NCBI GenBank assembly: GCA_965198975.1
Contig: OZ240679.1
Span: 1,052,713-1,116,712, forward strand
DNA: 64,000 bases
From: an uncultured Pseudoalteromonas sp.
GTDB taxonomy: Bacteria > Pseudomonadota > Gammaproteobacteria > Enterobacterales > Alteromonadaceae
Direction of reading: 5' to 3'
In this document: piece by piece, positions 52,748-62,132 of the stretch
How positions within the stretch are numbered: the first letter of the stretch is position 1
Layout: each line of letters begins with the position of its first letter
Translations under genes and position numbers: made by a program
Notes under the pieces: model-generated
Told to the model about the DNA's origin: nothing
What the model saw: only the letters and a program-made list of their open reading frames with translations
The model's database searches: none

Positions 52748-54637
52748 ATGGAAATGTTTGATTTCGTTATTAATAATCCAGTATTGGATGCACTTTCAAT
52801 TACTTTGCTACATTTCTTATGGCAAGGTGCTGCTTTAGCATTTAGCTTGTTTATTATTTTAAAGCTGATCAGTAATAAACATTCAAATACTCGCTATTTG
52901 ATTTCTTTGTCTGCAATGGGATTGAATATTCTCATTCCTGTGATTACTTTTTTTATAATTTATCAGCCAGAACAAGTGAGCAGTGATTTACTCACAACTT
53001 TAGATTCAAAAATAAATTTTTTAGCTAACTCAGATTTAACGGGGAGTTCATTTAGCTTATTAGCCTATACCCCTTTATTATCGATTATCTGGATGATAGG
53101 CGTGGGATATTTAAGCATTCATTTAGTGTATGAAATGTTTAATGCCTATCAGTTACCCAGAAAAAATGTAGTGCAAGCTTCTGATGAACTACAAAATGTA
53201 TTTTATCGCTTATCTCAACAGCTCAAAGTGAATAAGTATACGCGATTATTAGTCTCTATGACGGTAGAAGTGCCTATGGTTATCGGTTGGTTACGACCTG
53301 CTGTGCTGTTACCCGCGTCAATGGCATCAGGGTTAACCGTCTCTCAACTAGAAATGTTACTGGCTCATGAGTTAGCACATGTTAAACGATTTGATTATTT
53401 GGTTAACTTACTGCAGACCTTAGTTGAGTTATTATTATTCTTCCACCCATGTGTTAAGTGGATTTCTAATCAAGTTAAAGCTGAGCGTGAATATTGTTGT
53501 GACGATATTGCGGTAAATTGCTGTGGTAATGCGGTGGCTTATGCAACAACATTGGCAGATGCCGAAATGTTAAGACCACACAATATACCTCAGTTAGCGA
53601 TGGCGGCCACAGGCGGAGATCTTAAAAAGCGTGTGTTTCGAATCGTGGGGCAGCATAGCTGTGCACCCAAATATGCGGGTCAGTGGCTTATTGGTTGTTT
53701 TAGTTTAGTTTTTGTTGGTAGCTTATTCATGACAAATGAAGTTATTGGCATGACGCAGTCTGTTGATTCAAAAAGCGATCCAAATCACTTAAATGATAAT
53801 TTAGTTGTGATGATAGAGCCTGAATCGACAGATAATAATGTGGTGGAAAAACCAGTTATAAATACTAAATCAACAGAAAAACCAAAGGTTAAGGTTACTG
53901 ATAAATTAGTAAAAACGACAGCTGATATAACAGAGAATAGCGCCAAACCAATATTAGTTACTCAGAAACAAATAGTGGAAAAGAAAGTTGAGAAACTCAT
54001 TGAAAAACCAAAGTTAGATACTGTTAAAGTAGCAACAAAAACGAGAAAAAAACCGGTAAAACCTGTCGATAGCAAACCGGTAACTCAAATTATTACTGCT
54101 AAATCAATCACTAAACCTATTGCCACAAAAACAGAATTACAACATAAGTCCCTTGTCGTAACAGGTGATATCAAAACTACAAAAGTAATTAAAACAATTG
54201 AAAGTAATAAAGCGAAAAAGCTTGAAATTAAAGCTGCTTCTTTGGCGTCTGCTGATATCAAGCGTGACTCACATATAGAAAATACAGTAATCAACTTAGA
54301 ACAGGTGATTGAAAAAAATATTAAAGTGTCACCTAAGTTAGTAAGAATAATTAAACCGGATTATCCTAAAATAGCCATGGATAATCAGGATGAGCAGGAT
54401 ATAAGAGTATCATTTGTAGTTAAAACAAATGGTTATGTTTCAAAAATAAAGTTTGAAGATGGTGTTAAGTCAAGCTTTAAAAGGTCTATCAAAAAAGCAC
54501 TAAAAAAATGGCGTTTTGAACCTGGTAAGCTAAATGGTAAAAAAACGGCAATGAAAGTAACAAAAATCTTTAACTTTTCAGAGCCTAAAGATGTCATTTA
54601 TGCGGTTACCGGCTCTAGATTGTCGAAATTAAAATAA
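52748..54637 (+). CDS. M56 (BlaR1-like) membrane metalloprotease fused to a Lys/Pro-rich linker and a TonB C-terminal domain
   Basis: LLHFLWQG N-terminus, 4 TM segments, and HELAHVKRFD (HExxH) in the loop before TM4. C-terminal PKLVRIIKPDYPKIAMDNQDEQDIRVSFVVKTNGYVSKIKFE...KKWRFEPGKLNGKK matches TonB_C. Confidence 0.8.
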   Translation: MEMFDFVINNPVLDALSITLLHFLWQGAALAFSLFIILKLISNKHSNTRYLISLSAMGLNILIPVITFFIIYQPEQVSSDLLTTLDSKINFLANSDLTGSSFSLLAYTPLLSIIWMIGVGYLSIHLVYEMFNAYQLPRKNVVQASDELQNVFYRLSQQLKVNKYTRLLVSMTVEVPMVIGWLRPAVLLPASMASGLTVSQLEMLLAHELAHVKRFDYLVNLLQTLVELLLFFHPCVKWISNQVKAEREYCCDDIAVNCCGNAVAYATTLADAEMLRPHNIPQLAMAATGGDLKKRVFRIVGQHSCAPKYAGQWLIGCFSLVFVGSLFMTNEVIGMTQSVDSKSDPNHLNDNLVVMIEPESTDNNVVEKPVINTKSTEKPKVKVTDKLVKTTADITENSAKPILVTQKQIVEKKVEKLIEKPKLDTVKVATKTRKKPVKPVDSKPVTQIITAKSITKPIATKTELQHKSLVVTGDIKTTKVIKTIESNKAKKLEIKAASLASADIKRDSHIENTVINLEQVIEKNIKVSPKLVRIIKPDYPKIAMDNQDEQDIRVSFVVKTNGYVSKIKFEDGVKSSFKRSIKKALKKWRFEPGKLNGKKTAMKVTKIFNFSEPKDVIYAVTGSRLSKLK

Positions 54638-54670
54638 TAGCAATCACTTTAAAATAATAGCAATCACTTT
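54631..54670. repeat. Perfect 20-bp tandem duplication spanning the stop codon of the M56-TonB gene
   Basis: AAAATAATAGCAATCACTTT at 54631..54650 is repeated exactly at 54651..54670. Confidence 0.95.
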
Positions 54671-54672
54671 AT

Positions 54673-54699
54673 AATAAAGGGAGTTACGCTCCCTTTATT
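54673..54699. terminator. Bidirectional hairpin terminator between convergent genes
   Basis: AATAAAGGGAG, loop TTACG, CTCCCTTTATT (11-bp stem, A/T-flanked on both sides). Confidence 0.7.
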
Positions 54700-54719
54700 G
54701 AAAGTGGTCAAAAGTGATA

Positions 54720-55154
54720 TCAAAAATATACTGCTTTAAATTCCGCAACCTCTTGGTTTTCACTATTAAATACCTTCATATGACTGTCAATAACTTTATA
54801 TCGCTCAGTCTCATTGAGTATTGTTAAGAATTTTTGCTCTTGTTTAGTATGTTGTACACACATTTTGCGCGTACTGGCAATGTTACTAAAGGCAAGGTTA
54901 TTCTTATTTTGTTGATACGTGCCACTGAATTGATTACATCCGGTGAATCCTTTCACTTGGTCATTATTTTTAAGTTGCAGGTGGGGCTCTTTTTCTCCTT
55001 CAGGCACTACCACTAGTTTATTTTCAAGTGTGATAAGTTTCCAATAAGTGTTGAGCAGTGGCACATTAGAATGAGCGGTACTTTGACAGGCCTGAATGGA
55101 TAAAGCTGAAATTAAACTAAAAGATAATGCACTTAATTTAAGTGATTTAGGCAT
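54720..55154 (-). CDS. META-domain (HslJ-like) lipoprotein
   Basis: Start at the ATG at 55154 (MPKSLKLSALSFSLISALSIQAC). The pattern LNTYWKLITLEN...FTGCNQFSGTY...IASTRKMC is typical of META/HslJ. Confidence 0.75.
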   Translation of the reverse strand: MPKSLKLSALSFSLISALSIQACQSTAHSNVPLLNTYWKLITLENKLVVVPEGEKEPHLQLKNNDQVKGFTGCNQFSGTYQQNKNNLAFSNIASTRKMCVQHTKQEQKFLTILNETERYKVIDSHMKVFNSENQEVAEFKAVYF

Positions 55155-55294
55155 AGAATCAATTTCCAAATAAGAAGTGATTAATATATGGATATTTAGC
55201 CTAACAGGTTCTAAACATTCAAACCACTTCAAAATATGGGATTTGTATTTTGACTTAGGTATTATTTAACAATATAAGATTTTAATCTATTCCG

Positions 55295-55858
55295 TTACTT
55301 TTTAACGAATTTAGTTAAGATAACAATTCGTTGACCATCAACACGACCTTCTATGTGTTCAGGGTTATTGGTTAAACCAATATTTCGAACTGCTGTACCG
55401 CGCTTAGCTGTAAAGTTACCGCCTTTTACATCAAGATCTTTAATTAATACAACGGTATCGCCAGCTTTAAGTACAACACCGTTACTATCTAAATGCTGTA
55501 TATCATCATCTTCAGCCAGTGCTTGCTCAGCCCATTTTTTAGTCTCGTCTTCCAGATAGATCATATCTAACAAATCTTTTGCCCAGCCTTCACTTGATAA
55601 ACGCGTTAACATGCGATAGGCCATTACCTGGACTGCCGGTACCTGGCTCCACATACTATCGTTTAAACAATGCCAGTGATTTACTTCAATATCCGTATTA
55701 TTTTCGATCTGATCTTTACAAATTTGACAGCTTAAAATGCACTTATCTGAGTGTGCTTCACCTGTTGGGGGCACTTCATAAACACTTAAGTTTTCAGTTG
55801 CGCTACAAAGCTCACATTTGTTATCGCTTCTGTCTTTTAAAGTTTGTTCAATACTCAT
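55295..55858 (-). CDS. PhnA-domain protein (N-terminal Cys-rich zinc-ribbon region + PhnA C-terminal domain)
   Basis: Start at the ATG at 55858 with AGGAG upstream. The C-terminal DSNGVVLKAGDTVVLIKDLDVKG...KRGTAVRNIGL...IEGRVDGQRIVILTKFVKK is colinear with E. coli PhnA. Confidence 0.75.
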   Translation of the reverse strand: MSIEQTLKDRSDNKCELCSATENLSVYEVPPTGEAHSDKCILSCQICKDQIENNTDIEVNHWHCLNDSMWSQVPAVQVMAYRMLTRLSSEGWAKDLLDMIYLEDETKKWAEQALAEDDDIQHLDSNGVVLKAGDTVVLIKDLDVKGGNFTAKRGTAVRNIGLTNNPEHIEGRVDGQRIVILTKFVKK

Positions 55859-56024
55859 GATTAAGGACTCCTGAAAATTTAAAGTCGCATTATACCTAAT
55901 CATATGTAGATTGGGGAGCTGCTGAGCTTGATAATTTAATTAAGATATAAAACTAATTACTCACGCAATTTAACTGCGCTCAACTACACTCAGAAGTACC
56001 TAAAGCTAATTTATTCAATTGAGA

Positions 56025-57263
56025 ATGTCACAAAACAATAAGATAAAAAAAACCGAAAACCAGTTTGTTGCTAGGCAACCATTGTTTAATAGGGAAAAAG
56101 AAGTGTTTGCATACGAACTCTTATACCGAGATTCTGAAACTAACGCTTTTCCTGGCCATTTAACCGATCAGCAGGCAACGGGCCGGATGTTTTTTGAAAC
56201 GCTGCTATTCCATAGCCTGGATAAACTCGCAGATCATAAAATTGCATTTATCAATTTGTGCACCACCGGGATGATCCGAGAGCTCCCCAATTTAATTGCA
56301 CCTGATAATATCGTTATTGAAATATTAGAACGTGTGGATCAAATAGATACGATAAATAATTTTATCATAGATATGAAAAAAAAAGGGTATCACTTTGCTT
56401 TAGATGATTATGATGGCAATGAAAAATGGTCTTTATTGTTGGAAAAGGTCGGTATTATTAAGTTGGAGGTTCAAACGCCGTTGATCAGAACTATTTTGCT
56501 GGCAAAAAAATTACGGCGTAATTATCCTAAAATCAAATTATTAGTAGAAAGGATTGAAGATTATGATACCTTTTTTAAGTTGAAAGAAGCAGGTATCGAC
56601 TATTTTCAGGGCTACTTTTTTTCGAAACCTGAGATGTTAAATTTAACAAATATTAATCCAACAAAAACCGTCATATTAGAGTTGTTAAACTTATCAACAC
56701 AGCCCAATATCGATTTTAAACGGGTGCAAAATAAAGTCGCCAAAGATCTTAGTTTAACCACGCGCGTATTAAAAATGGCCAATATCAACTGTCGAACATC
56801 TTCAGCAGGGATAGGATCGCTTACACAGGCTATTTCTTATTTAGGTGAAGATAAATTACGCCAATTTATCAGTGTATTAGCTATGAGTGAGTTGGGCCAG
56901 GATAAACCTTCAGAATTAATGAAACTAGGTTTGGTCAGAGCACAATATTTAAAGCTAATGTTAGCGAATGAGCACCAGGATAAAGCCGATACAGGTTACT
57001 TAGTCGGTTTATTGTCAGTATTAGATGCTGTACTTGATAATGAACTGTCAAATATTATCTCTGAATTTAAACTTAATCAGGAATGTGAACAGGCATTGTT
57101 AGCGTGTAAGGGAGTAATAGGTCAGTTATTGCAAATATGCTTCACCATAGAGCAAGATGAATTACATAATTTAACAATTGAAGATATCAGTACGGTCGAT
57201 TCAGCCGAGGCTTATATCCAGGCATTATTTTATGCAGATAATACCTTGGCGGAAATAACTTAA
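56025..57263 (+). CDS. EAL-domain + HDOD-domain signalling protein
   Basis: N-terminal FVARQPLFNREKEVFAYELLYR and DYFQGYFFSKP belong to the EAL fold. The C-terminal half matches the HDOD pattern (LSLTTRVLKMANI.., ISYLGEDKLRQF). Confidence 0.75.
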   Translation: MSQNNKIKKTENQFVARQPLFNREKEVFAYELLYRDSETNAFPGHLTDQQATGRMFFETLLFHSLDKLADHKIAFINLCTTGMIRELPNLIAPDNIVIEILERVDQIDTINNFIIDMKKKGYHFALDDYDGNEKWSLLLEKVGIIKLEVQTPLIRTILLAKKLRRNYPKIKLLVERIEDYDTFFKLKEAGIDYFQGYFFSKPEMLNLTNINPTKTVILELLNLSTQPNIDFKRVQNKVAKDLSLTTRVLKMANINCRTSSAGIGSLTQAISYLGEDKLRQFISVLAMSELGQDKPSELMKLGLVRAQYLKLMLANEHQDKADTGYLVGLLSVLDAVLDNELSNIISEFKLNQECEQALLACKGVIGQLLQICFTIEQDELHNLTIEDISTVDSAEAYIQALFYADNTLAEIT

Positions 57264-57332
57264 ATTAATTCAACCTATCTTAAATTTTTGACTAAACTTT
57301 AGTTTATATTAACTTAGGGTGTAAATGCGCTT

Positions 57333-59651
57333 ATGAATATTGCAACCAAAATTATCATTTCATCAGTGGTACTATCTGCAGCGGGCATTATCACAGCGGG
57401 GTTAATTGTTGGCTGGCAGGCGTCATCGATTGCATCAGAGGCGTTAGAAAAAAGAGCTTTTGAACAATTAACCGCCATTAGAGAAGTTCAAAAGAATCAG
57501 GTAGAAAGTTATTTTAAATCAATACATCATGAAATCATCAATTTATCGAGTAATTTAATGGTTATAGATATGATGAAAACCATGCCTGAACCGTTTTTCA
57601 AATTTGACAGTCAAACAACAATTAAAGATAACGATAAGCTAAAACAATATTATTTAAATGAATTTAATCCCACCTATAAAAGCAAAAATCCATCAACCAA
57701 TAATAACTCTGTTGATAAGTTTAATGCGTTAAATCAAAACACTAAATCAATACAACACGCCTATATCAGTGCAAATCAACACCCTTTAGGCAGTAAAAAT
57801 CAATTAGAGCAATCTAATGATAATACCGATTACAGTAAATTACATAAGAAGTTTCATTCACACTTAAATCAATATTTAGAATCATTTGGCTATTATGATA
57901 TTTTCCTGGTGGAAGAAAGTAGCGGAACAGTTATTTATAGTGTTTTTAAAGAGTTAGATTTTGCCACTTCACTTATGTCGGGGCCATATAAAAACTCTGG
58001 ATTGGCAAAAGCATTTGAAAAAGCTCATAGCAGTAACGAAAGAAATGCGAGTTTTTTAATAGATTTTGAACCTTATTACCCCTCATATCAGGCGCCTGCG
58101 GCCTTTATGTCATCCCCCATTTTTTCTGATGAAGGAGAAAAGTTAGGGGTTTTAATTTTCCAAATGCCCATAGATAAAATTAACCAACTGATGACCTACG
58201 ACTCAAAATGGAGAGATGTTGGTTTAGGTGATAGTGGGGAGACTTACTTAATTGGTGATGATTATTTATTACGTAGCCAAAGCCGCTTTCTACTGGAAGA
58301 TAAAAGTAATTACAAACAAGCTTTGTTAAGCGCATCGGTAGATAAAGAACTTGTTGATAAAATAATTGCGAGTGAATCTGCCATAGGGTTACAAAGTGTG
58401 ACCAGTGAAGGTGCTAAATTAGCTATCGCAGGCAAGTCTGGTATTAAAAAGATCAAAGATTATCGCGGTGTTGAAGTGCTGTCTGCTTATAAACCTTTAG
58501 ACATACAAGATGTTAATTGGGCGGTATTAAGTGAAATAGACGTTGCTGAGGCAATGAAAGATAAAGATGAAATGCTAAGTCGTACTTGGTTTTTGATGGC
58601 CGTGATCATTTTTACTTTAATTCCAATCACGTTATTCGCTGGTTTTAAAATTGGCAGAGGGATTTCTGATCCGATCAAGAACTTTATTTCACAGGTTAAT
58701 CACATTTCAAATGACAAGGATTTAACTGCAAGAGTTGAATATCAGGGCAATGATGAATTGTTTTCTTTAGCTAGTTCGTTTAACCATCTACTAAATGAAT
58801 TGCAGGAAATTTTACACAGCGTTGAAAACTTATCTACGACCTTATTGACCTCAACAGAAAAAATGATATCCAATATGGATGAAACCACTAATCAAACGTT
58901 AACCCAATCTGATAATGCAGATAGTGTTGCGGTGGCAACCAATCAATTATTAGCCACCATCCAGGAAGTGGCCAGAAATGCAAATACAGCGGCAGATACG
59001 GTCAAATCTACAGATGATAAATGTGAGGAAAGCTCTGATTGTGCACAAAAACTTGAAACTGATATGAATGATCTAAATATTCAAATGGGATCAGCATCAA
59101 CGTCTATTGAAAAGCTGGCGGTAGAAAGTGAATCTATTGGTTCTGTACTAGATGTAATTCAATCAATTGCAGAGCAAACGAATTTACTTGCACTTAATGC
59201 AGCGATAGAGGCGGCCAGAGCGGGCGAACAAGGTCGAGGTTTTGCTGTGGTGGCTGACGAAGTAAGAACCCTTGCCAGCAGAACACAAAAATCAACGGAA
59301 GATATTCGAGCTAAAATAAACTCATTACAACAAGAAACTCAAACAACGGTCAAAATGGTAAATTCTTCCAGCAAAATGGCCAATGCCAGCATAGATGCGT
59401 GCGAAGAAAGCAAAAAGCTTATGTCTGATGTGGTTGGGCTGGTTCAGCAATTAAATGATATGAATTTACAAATAGCCACAGCTGCTGAAGAGCAAAGTGC
59501 AGTGGTGAATGATATTAATCAAAACGTGACAAAAATAGCGGATACGTCGCATAACATTTCTGACAGAGCGAATATCAGTAAAGACGATGTACAGCGTTTA
59601 AGTCAATTGGTGAGTGACTTAAGAACACAAATGAAAGAGTTTGTACTATAA
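57333..59651 (+). CDS. Methyl-accepting chemotaxis protein with a large (~390 aa) periplasmic sensor (Cache-like), HAMP and MA domains
   Basis: TM1 near the N-terminus and TM2 ([20 protein letters not shown]). A HAMP region follows. Highly conserved signalling hairpin: [40 protein letters not shown]. Confidence 0.9.
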   Translation: MNIATKIIISSVVLSAAGIITAGLIVGWQASSIASEALEKRAFEQLTAIREVQKNQVESYFKSIHHEIINLSSNLMVIDMMKTMPEPFFKFDSQTTIKDNDKLKQYYLNEFNPTYKSKNPSTNNNSVDKFNALNQNTKSIQHAYISANQHPLGSKNQLEQSNDNTDYSKLHKKFHSHLNQYLESFGYYDIFLVEESSGTVIYSVFKELDFATSLMSGPYKNSGLAKAFEKAHSSNERNASFLIDFEPYYPSYQAPAAFMSSPIFSDEGEKLGVLIFQMPIDKINQLMTYDSKWRDVGLGDSGETYLIGDDYLLRSQSRFLLEDKSNYKQALLSASVDKELVDKIIASESAIGLQSVTSEGAKLAIAGKSGIKKIKDYRGVEVLSAYKPLDIQDVNWAVLSEIDVAEAMKDKDEMLSRTWFLMAVIIFTLIPITLFAGFKIGRGISDPIKNFISQVNHISNDKDLTARVEYQGNDELFSLASSFNHLLNELQEILHSVENLSTTLLTSTEKMISNMDETTNQTLTQSDNADSVAVATNQLLATIQEVARNANTAADTVKSTDDKCEESSDCAQKLETDMNDLNIQMGSASTSIEKLAVESESIGSVLDVIQSIAEQTNLLALNAAIEAARAGEQGRGFAVVADEVRTLASRTQKSTEDIRAKINSLQQETQTTVKMVNSSSKMANASIDACEESKKLMSDVVGLVQQLNDMNLQIATAAEEQSAVVNDINQNVTKIADTSHNISDRANISKDDVQRLSQLVSDLRTQMKEFVL

Positions 59652-59717
59652 GCGGGTAAATAAAAAAATAGTTAGCGGGTAAATAAAAAAATAGCTAGCA
59701 GATAAATAAAAAATAGC
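59651..59717. repeat. 2.9 copies of a 23-bp tandem repeat starting at the last base of the MCP stop codon
   Basis: AGCGGGTAAATAAAAAAATAGTT (59651..59673), AGCGGGTAAATAAAAAAATAGCT (59674..59696) and a degenerate AGCAGATAAATAAAAAATAGC (59697..59717). Confidence 0.9.
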
Positions 59718-59739
59718 ATCAAATTTTGATGCTATTTTT
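59708..59739 (+). terminator. Rho-independent terminator of the MCP gene
   Basis: Perfect palindrome AAAAAATAGCATCAAA / TTTTGATGCTATTTTT, ending in a T-run. Confidence 0.75.
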
Positions 59740-59764
59740 GTTATATCTTTAATCAGAATAACGA

Positions 59765-60421
59765 TTAAAAATTTATTTCATGAGTGTAAGAGATTGCAAC
59801 ACTGTAATCATCATCTATGGCGTCTTCACTTACACGGCTGATCATAAAACTAAAACCAGCTTTACTTAAATTAATATTATAATCTTGATAGTCATTACCA
59901 TTTTGATAGTCGTAACTACCTAAATGTACCCCTAACTCTACATCTTTAAATACTTCAAAAGCCAGGTTTAACTCGAAATAAGTGTCATCACCAAAATCAG
60001 ATTCCCAATCACTATGAGCTGTAGTTGAAATACCGATTGAAATCATTTTCCAAGATGCTGATGCCATTACTTCTGAAAAATCAACATCTGTACCATCTGG
60101 ATAGCCGTAAAATATATAACCTACATCGTAAGAAAAATCGCCAACACTGTTGCTAAATCCGGCATATAAGTCGACTTCTGTACTGGTATCATCGCCAAAA
60201 TCTACATTAGACGCCCAGGTACCGGCATAGAATCCAGACCCATGAGAGTAATCTAATCCACCCGATACCGCGGGCTTTTTATCTGTTTGTGTTACTCCCC
60301 GCCATATATAATTATTTGTAACACCAATGTTTCCAGTGACTCCTCCTTCAGCTTGAACATGAAACCCACTTACACCAACTAATAAACTGACCGCAGAAAT
60401 TAAAAATTTATAATTTTTCAT
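59765..60421 (-). CDS. TorF-family (Gcw_chp/TIGR02001-like) putative outer-membrane porin
   Basis: Start at the ATG at 60421 (MKNYKFLISAVSLLVGVSGFHVQA). GNIGVTNNYIWRGVTQTDKKPAVSGGLDYSH.GFYAGTWASNVDF is characteristic of the family. Confidence 0.7.
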   Translation of the reverse strand: MKNYKFLISAVSLLVGVSGFHVQAEGGVTGNIGVTNNYIWRGVTQTDKKPAVSGGLDYSHGSGFYAGTWASNVDFGDDTSTEVDLYAGFSNSVGDFSYDVGYIFYGYPDGTDVDFSEVMASASWKMISIGISTTAHSDWESDFGDDTYFELNLAFEVFKDVELGVHLGSYDYQNGNDYQDYNINLSKAGFSFMISRVSEDAIDDDYSVAISYTHEINF

Positions 60422-60627
60422 TTTTCTTCCTATGCAATTTAAATAATGAATTAAATAGTGAATTAACAACATATTAATCATCACCATAATTAACAATTTT
60501 AGTCTAATTCCTAAGTTAGGCTAATTTTTAACCTTGATTTGTTTGGGTATTGCATTTAAGGCTATACCCAAGTCAATATGGTGTGTAATTTGACTTAGGT
60601 ATGTAAATTTAGAAAGGATATAAAAGA

Positions 60628-61986
60628 CTATCGCATAGTAACAAATTCTTCAGAACCCGTAGGGTGAATTGCTACAACTGAATCGAAATCGGCTTTTGTT
60701 GCACCCATTTTCATTGCGACTGCAAAACCCTGGATCATTTCATCGACCGCGAAACCTATACCGTGTAACCCGACTACTTTTTCCTCTGGTCCGGCGCAGA
60801 TCAGCTTCATTTTACAAGGCTGTCTGTGTTGCGTTACCGCGGTATACATAGCTGTGAAACCAGAGCTGTATATAGTGATGTTGTCAGCGCCAAACTCTGC
60901 AATCGCTTGTTGTTCTGTCAGCCCGATAGTGCCAATTGGAGGGTGGCTGAATACCACTGTGGGGATCAAGCTATAATCCATTTTTGCATCTGGCATTTTT
61001 GGATTAAAGAGCCTTTCAGCTAATAATCGACCTGCTTTAACAGCAACAGGTGTTAATTCAACGCCGTTTTCTATGATATCACCTACAGCATAGATATTTT
61101 TAGCTGTGGTATTTTGATATTCATCAACTTTAATATATCGGCGCGCATTCAATTTAACACCAGTTGCTTCAATATTAATTTTATCTGTGGCAGGCTCTCT
61201 GCCGATAGCCCAAATCACCTCATCAACGTTGTAAGTTTCTCCATTTTCTAAATGCAGAGTTTTACTACCATCTGTTTCCTGCGTGATTTTGCTCGGTGTA
61301 GAATGGGTGTGAAGCTCAGGTCCTTCATCTTGCATTATTTGTGTCAGTGTTTCTACGATTAAAGGATCAAAATTTCTAAGAGGCGCATGTTTTCTGACAA
61401 ATAAATCTGTTTTAGTGCCTAAACTATGTAAAACACCAGCGAGTTCAACCGCAATATAACCAGCGCCAATAACGGCAACACGCTCTGGTTGTGCTGCTAA
61501 TTCAAAAAAACCGTTTGAATCAATACCAAGCTCTGCACCAGGTATATTTGGAATTGAAGGTCTTCCTCCTACTGCTATAACAAAATGATCGGCCGTTATT
61601 TGTTCGCCATCAACCTCTATGGTTTTATCATCTACAAATTTAGCAAATCCATTTATTACAGTAACACCGTTTGATGCCAGGTTTTTGTCATATCCCTGGT
61701 GTATTCTGTCGATATAAGCTTCGCGACTTTCAACTAATTTTGCCCAGTTAAAATTTTTCAAATCAAGATCAAAACCATAATCAGGGGCGTAAAGTTTGAT
61801 AGCTTCAGCCACTTGTGCACCATGCCACATTACTTTTTTAGGTACGCAGCCAACATTTACACAAGTGCCTCCCATATGTTTTGCTTCAATTAGAGCTACT
61901 TTAGCACCACGCATTGCGGCTCGATTTGCTGATGCGATCCCACCACTACCGCCTCCGATAGCTACGTAGTCAAAATGTCTGGCCAT
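60628..61986 (-). CDS. gor: Glutathione-disulfide reductase
   Basis: [14 protein letters not shown].., redox-active [13 protein letters not shown], a second dinucleotide fold [13 protein letters not shown], and C-terminal [12 protein letters not shown]. Confidence 0.9.
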   Translation of the reverse strand: MARHFDYVAIGGGSGGIASANRAAMRGAKVALIEAKHMGGTCVNVGCVPKKVMWHGAQVAEAIKLYAPDYGFDLDLKNFNWAKLVESREAYIDRIHQGYDKNLASNGVTVINGFAKFVDDKTIEVDGEQITADHFVIAVGGRPSIPNIPGAELGIDSNGFFELAAQPERVAVIGAGYIAVELAGVLHSLGTKTDLFVRKHAPLRNFDPLIVETLTQIMQDEGPELHTHSTPSKITQETDGSKTLHLENGETYNVDEVIWAIGREPATDKINIEATGVKLNARRYIKVDEYQNTTAKNIYAVGDIIENGVELTPVAVKAGRLLAERLFNPKMPDAKMDYSLIPTVVFSHPPIGTIGLTEQQAIAEFGADNITIYSSGFTAMYTAVTQHRQPCKMKLICAGPEEKVVGLHGIGFAVDEMIQGFAVAMKMGATKADFDSVVAIHPTGSEEFVTMR

Positions 61987-62132
61987 GATTATCCCTTAAA
62001 ATGAAATTACTAATGAATATTAGATAGGGGTATTGTGGATTATCTTTCAGGACAATAGCAATAATTTGCTTGCAATTTTATTAGATTGCCCCAATCTATT
62101 TTCTTAATCAGAGACAATTTATAAGAATAAAT

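Noticed and set aside
54631-59717. Short direct repeats (54631..54670, 59651..59717) as CRISPR arrays
   Set aside because: There are only 2-3 contiguous units with no spacers, the repeats are 20-23 bp and A-rich, and there are no cas genes. These are simple tandem duplications.
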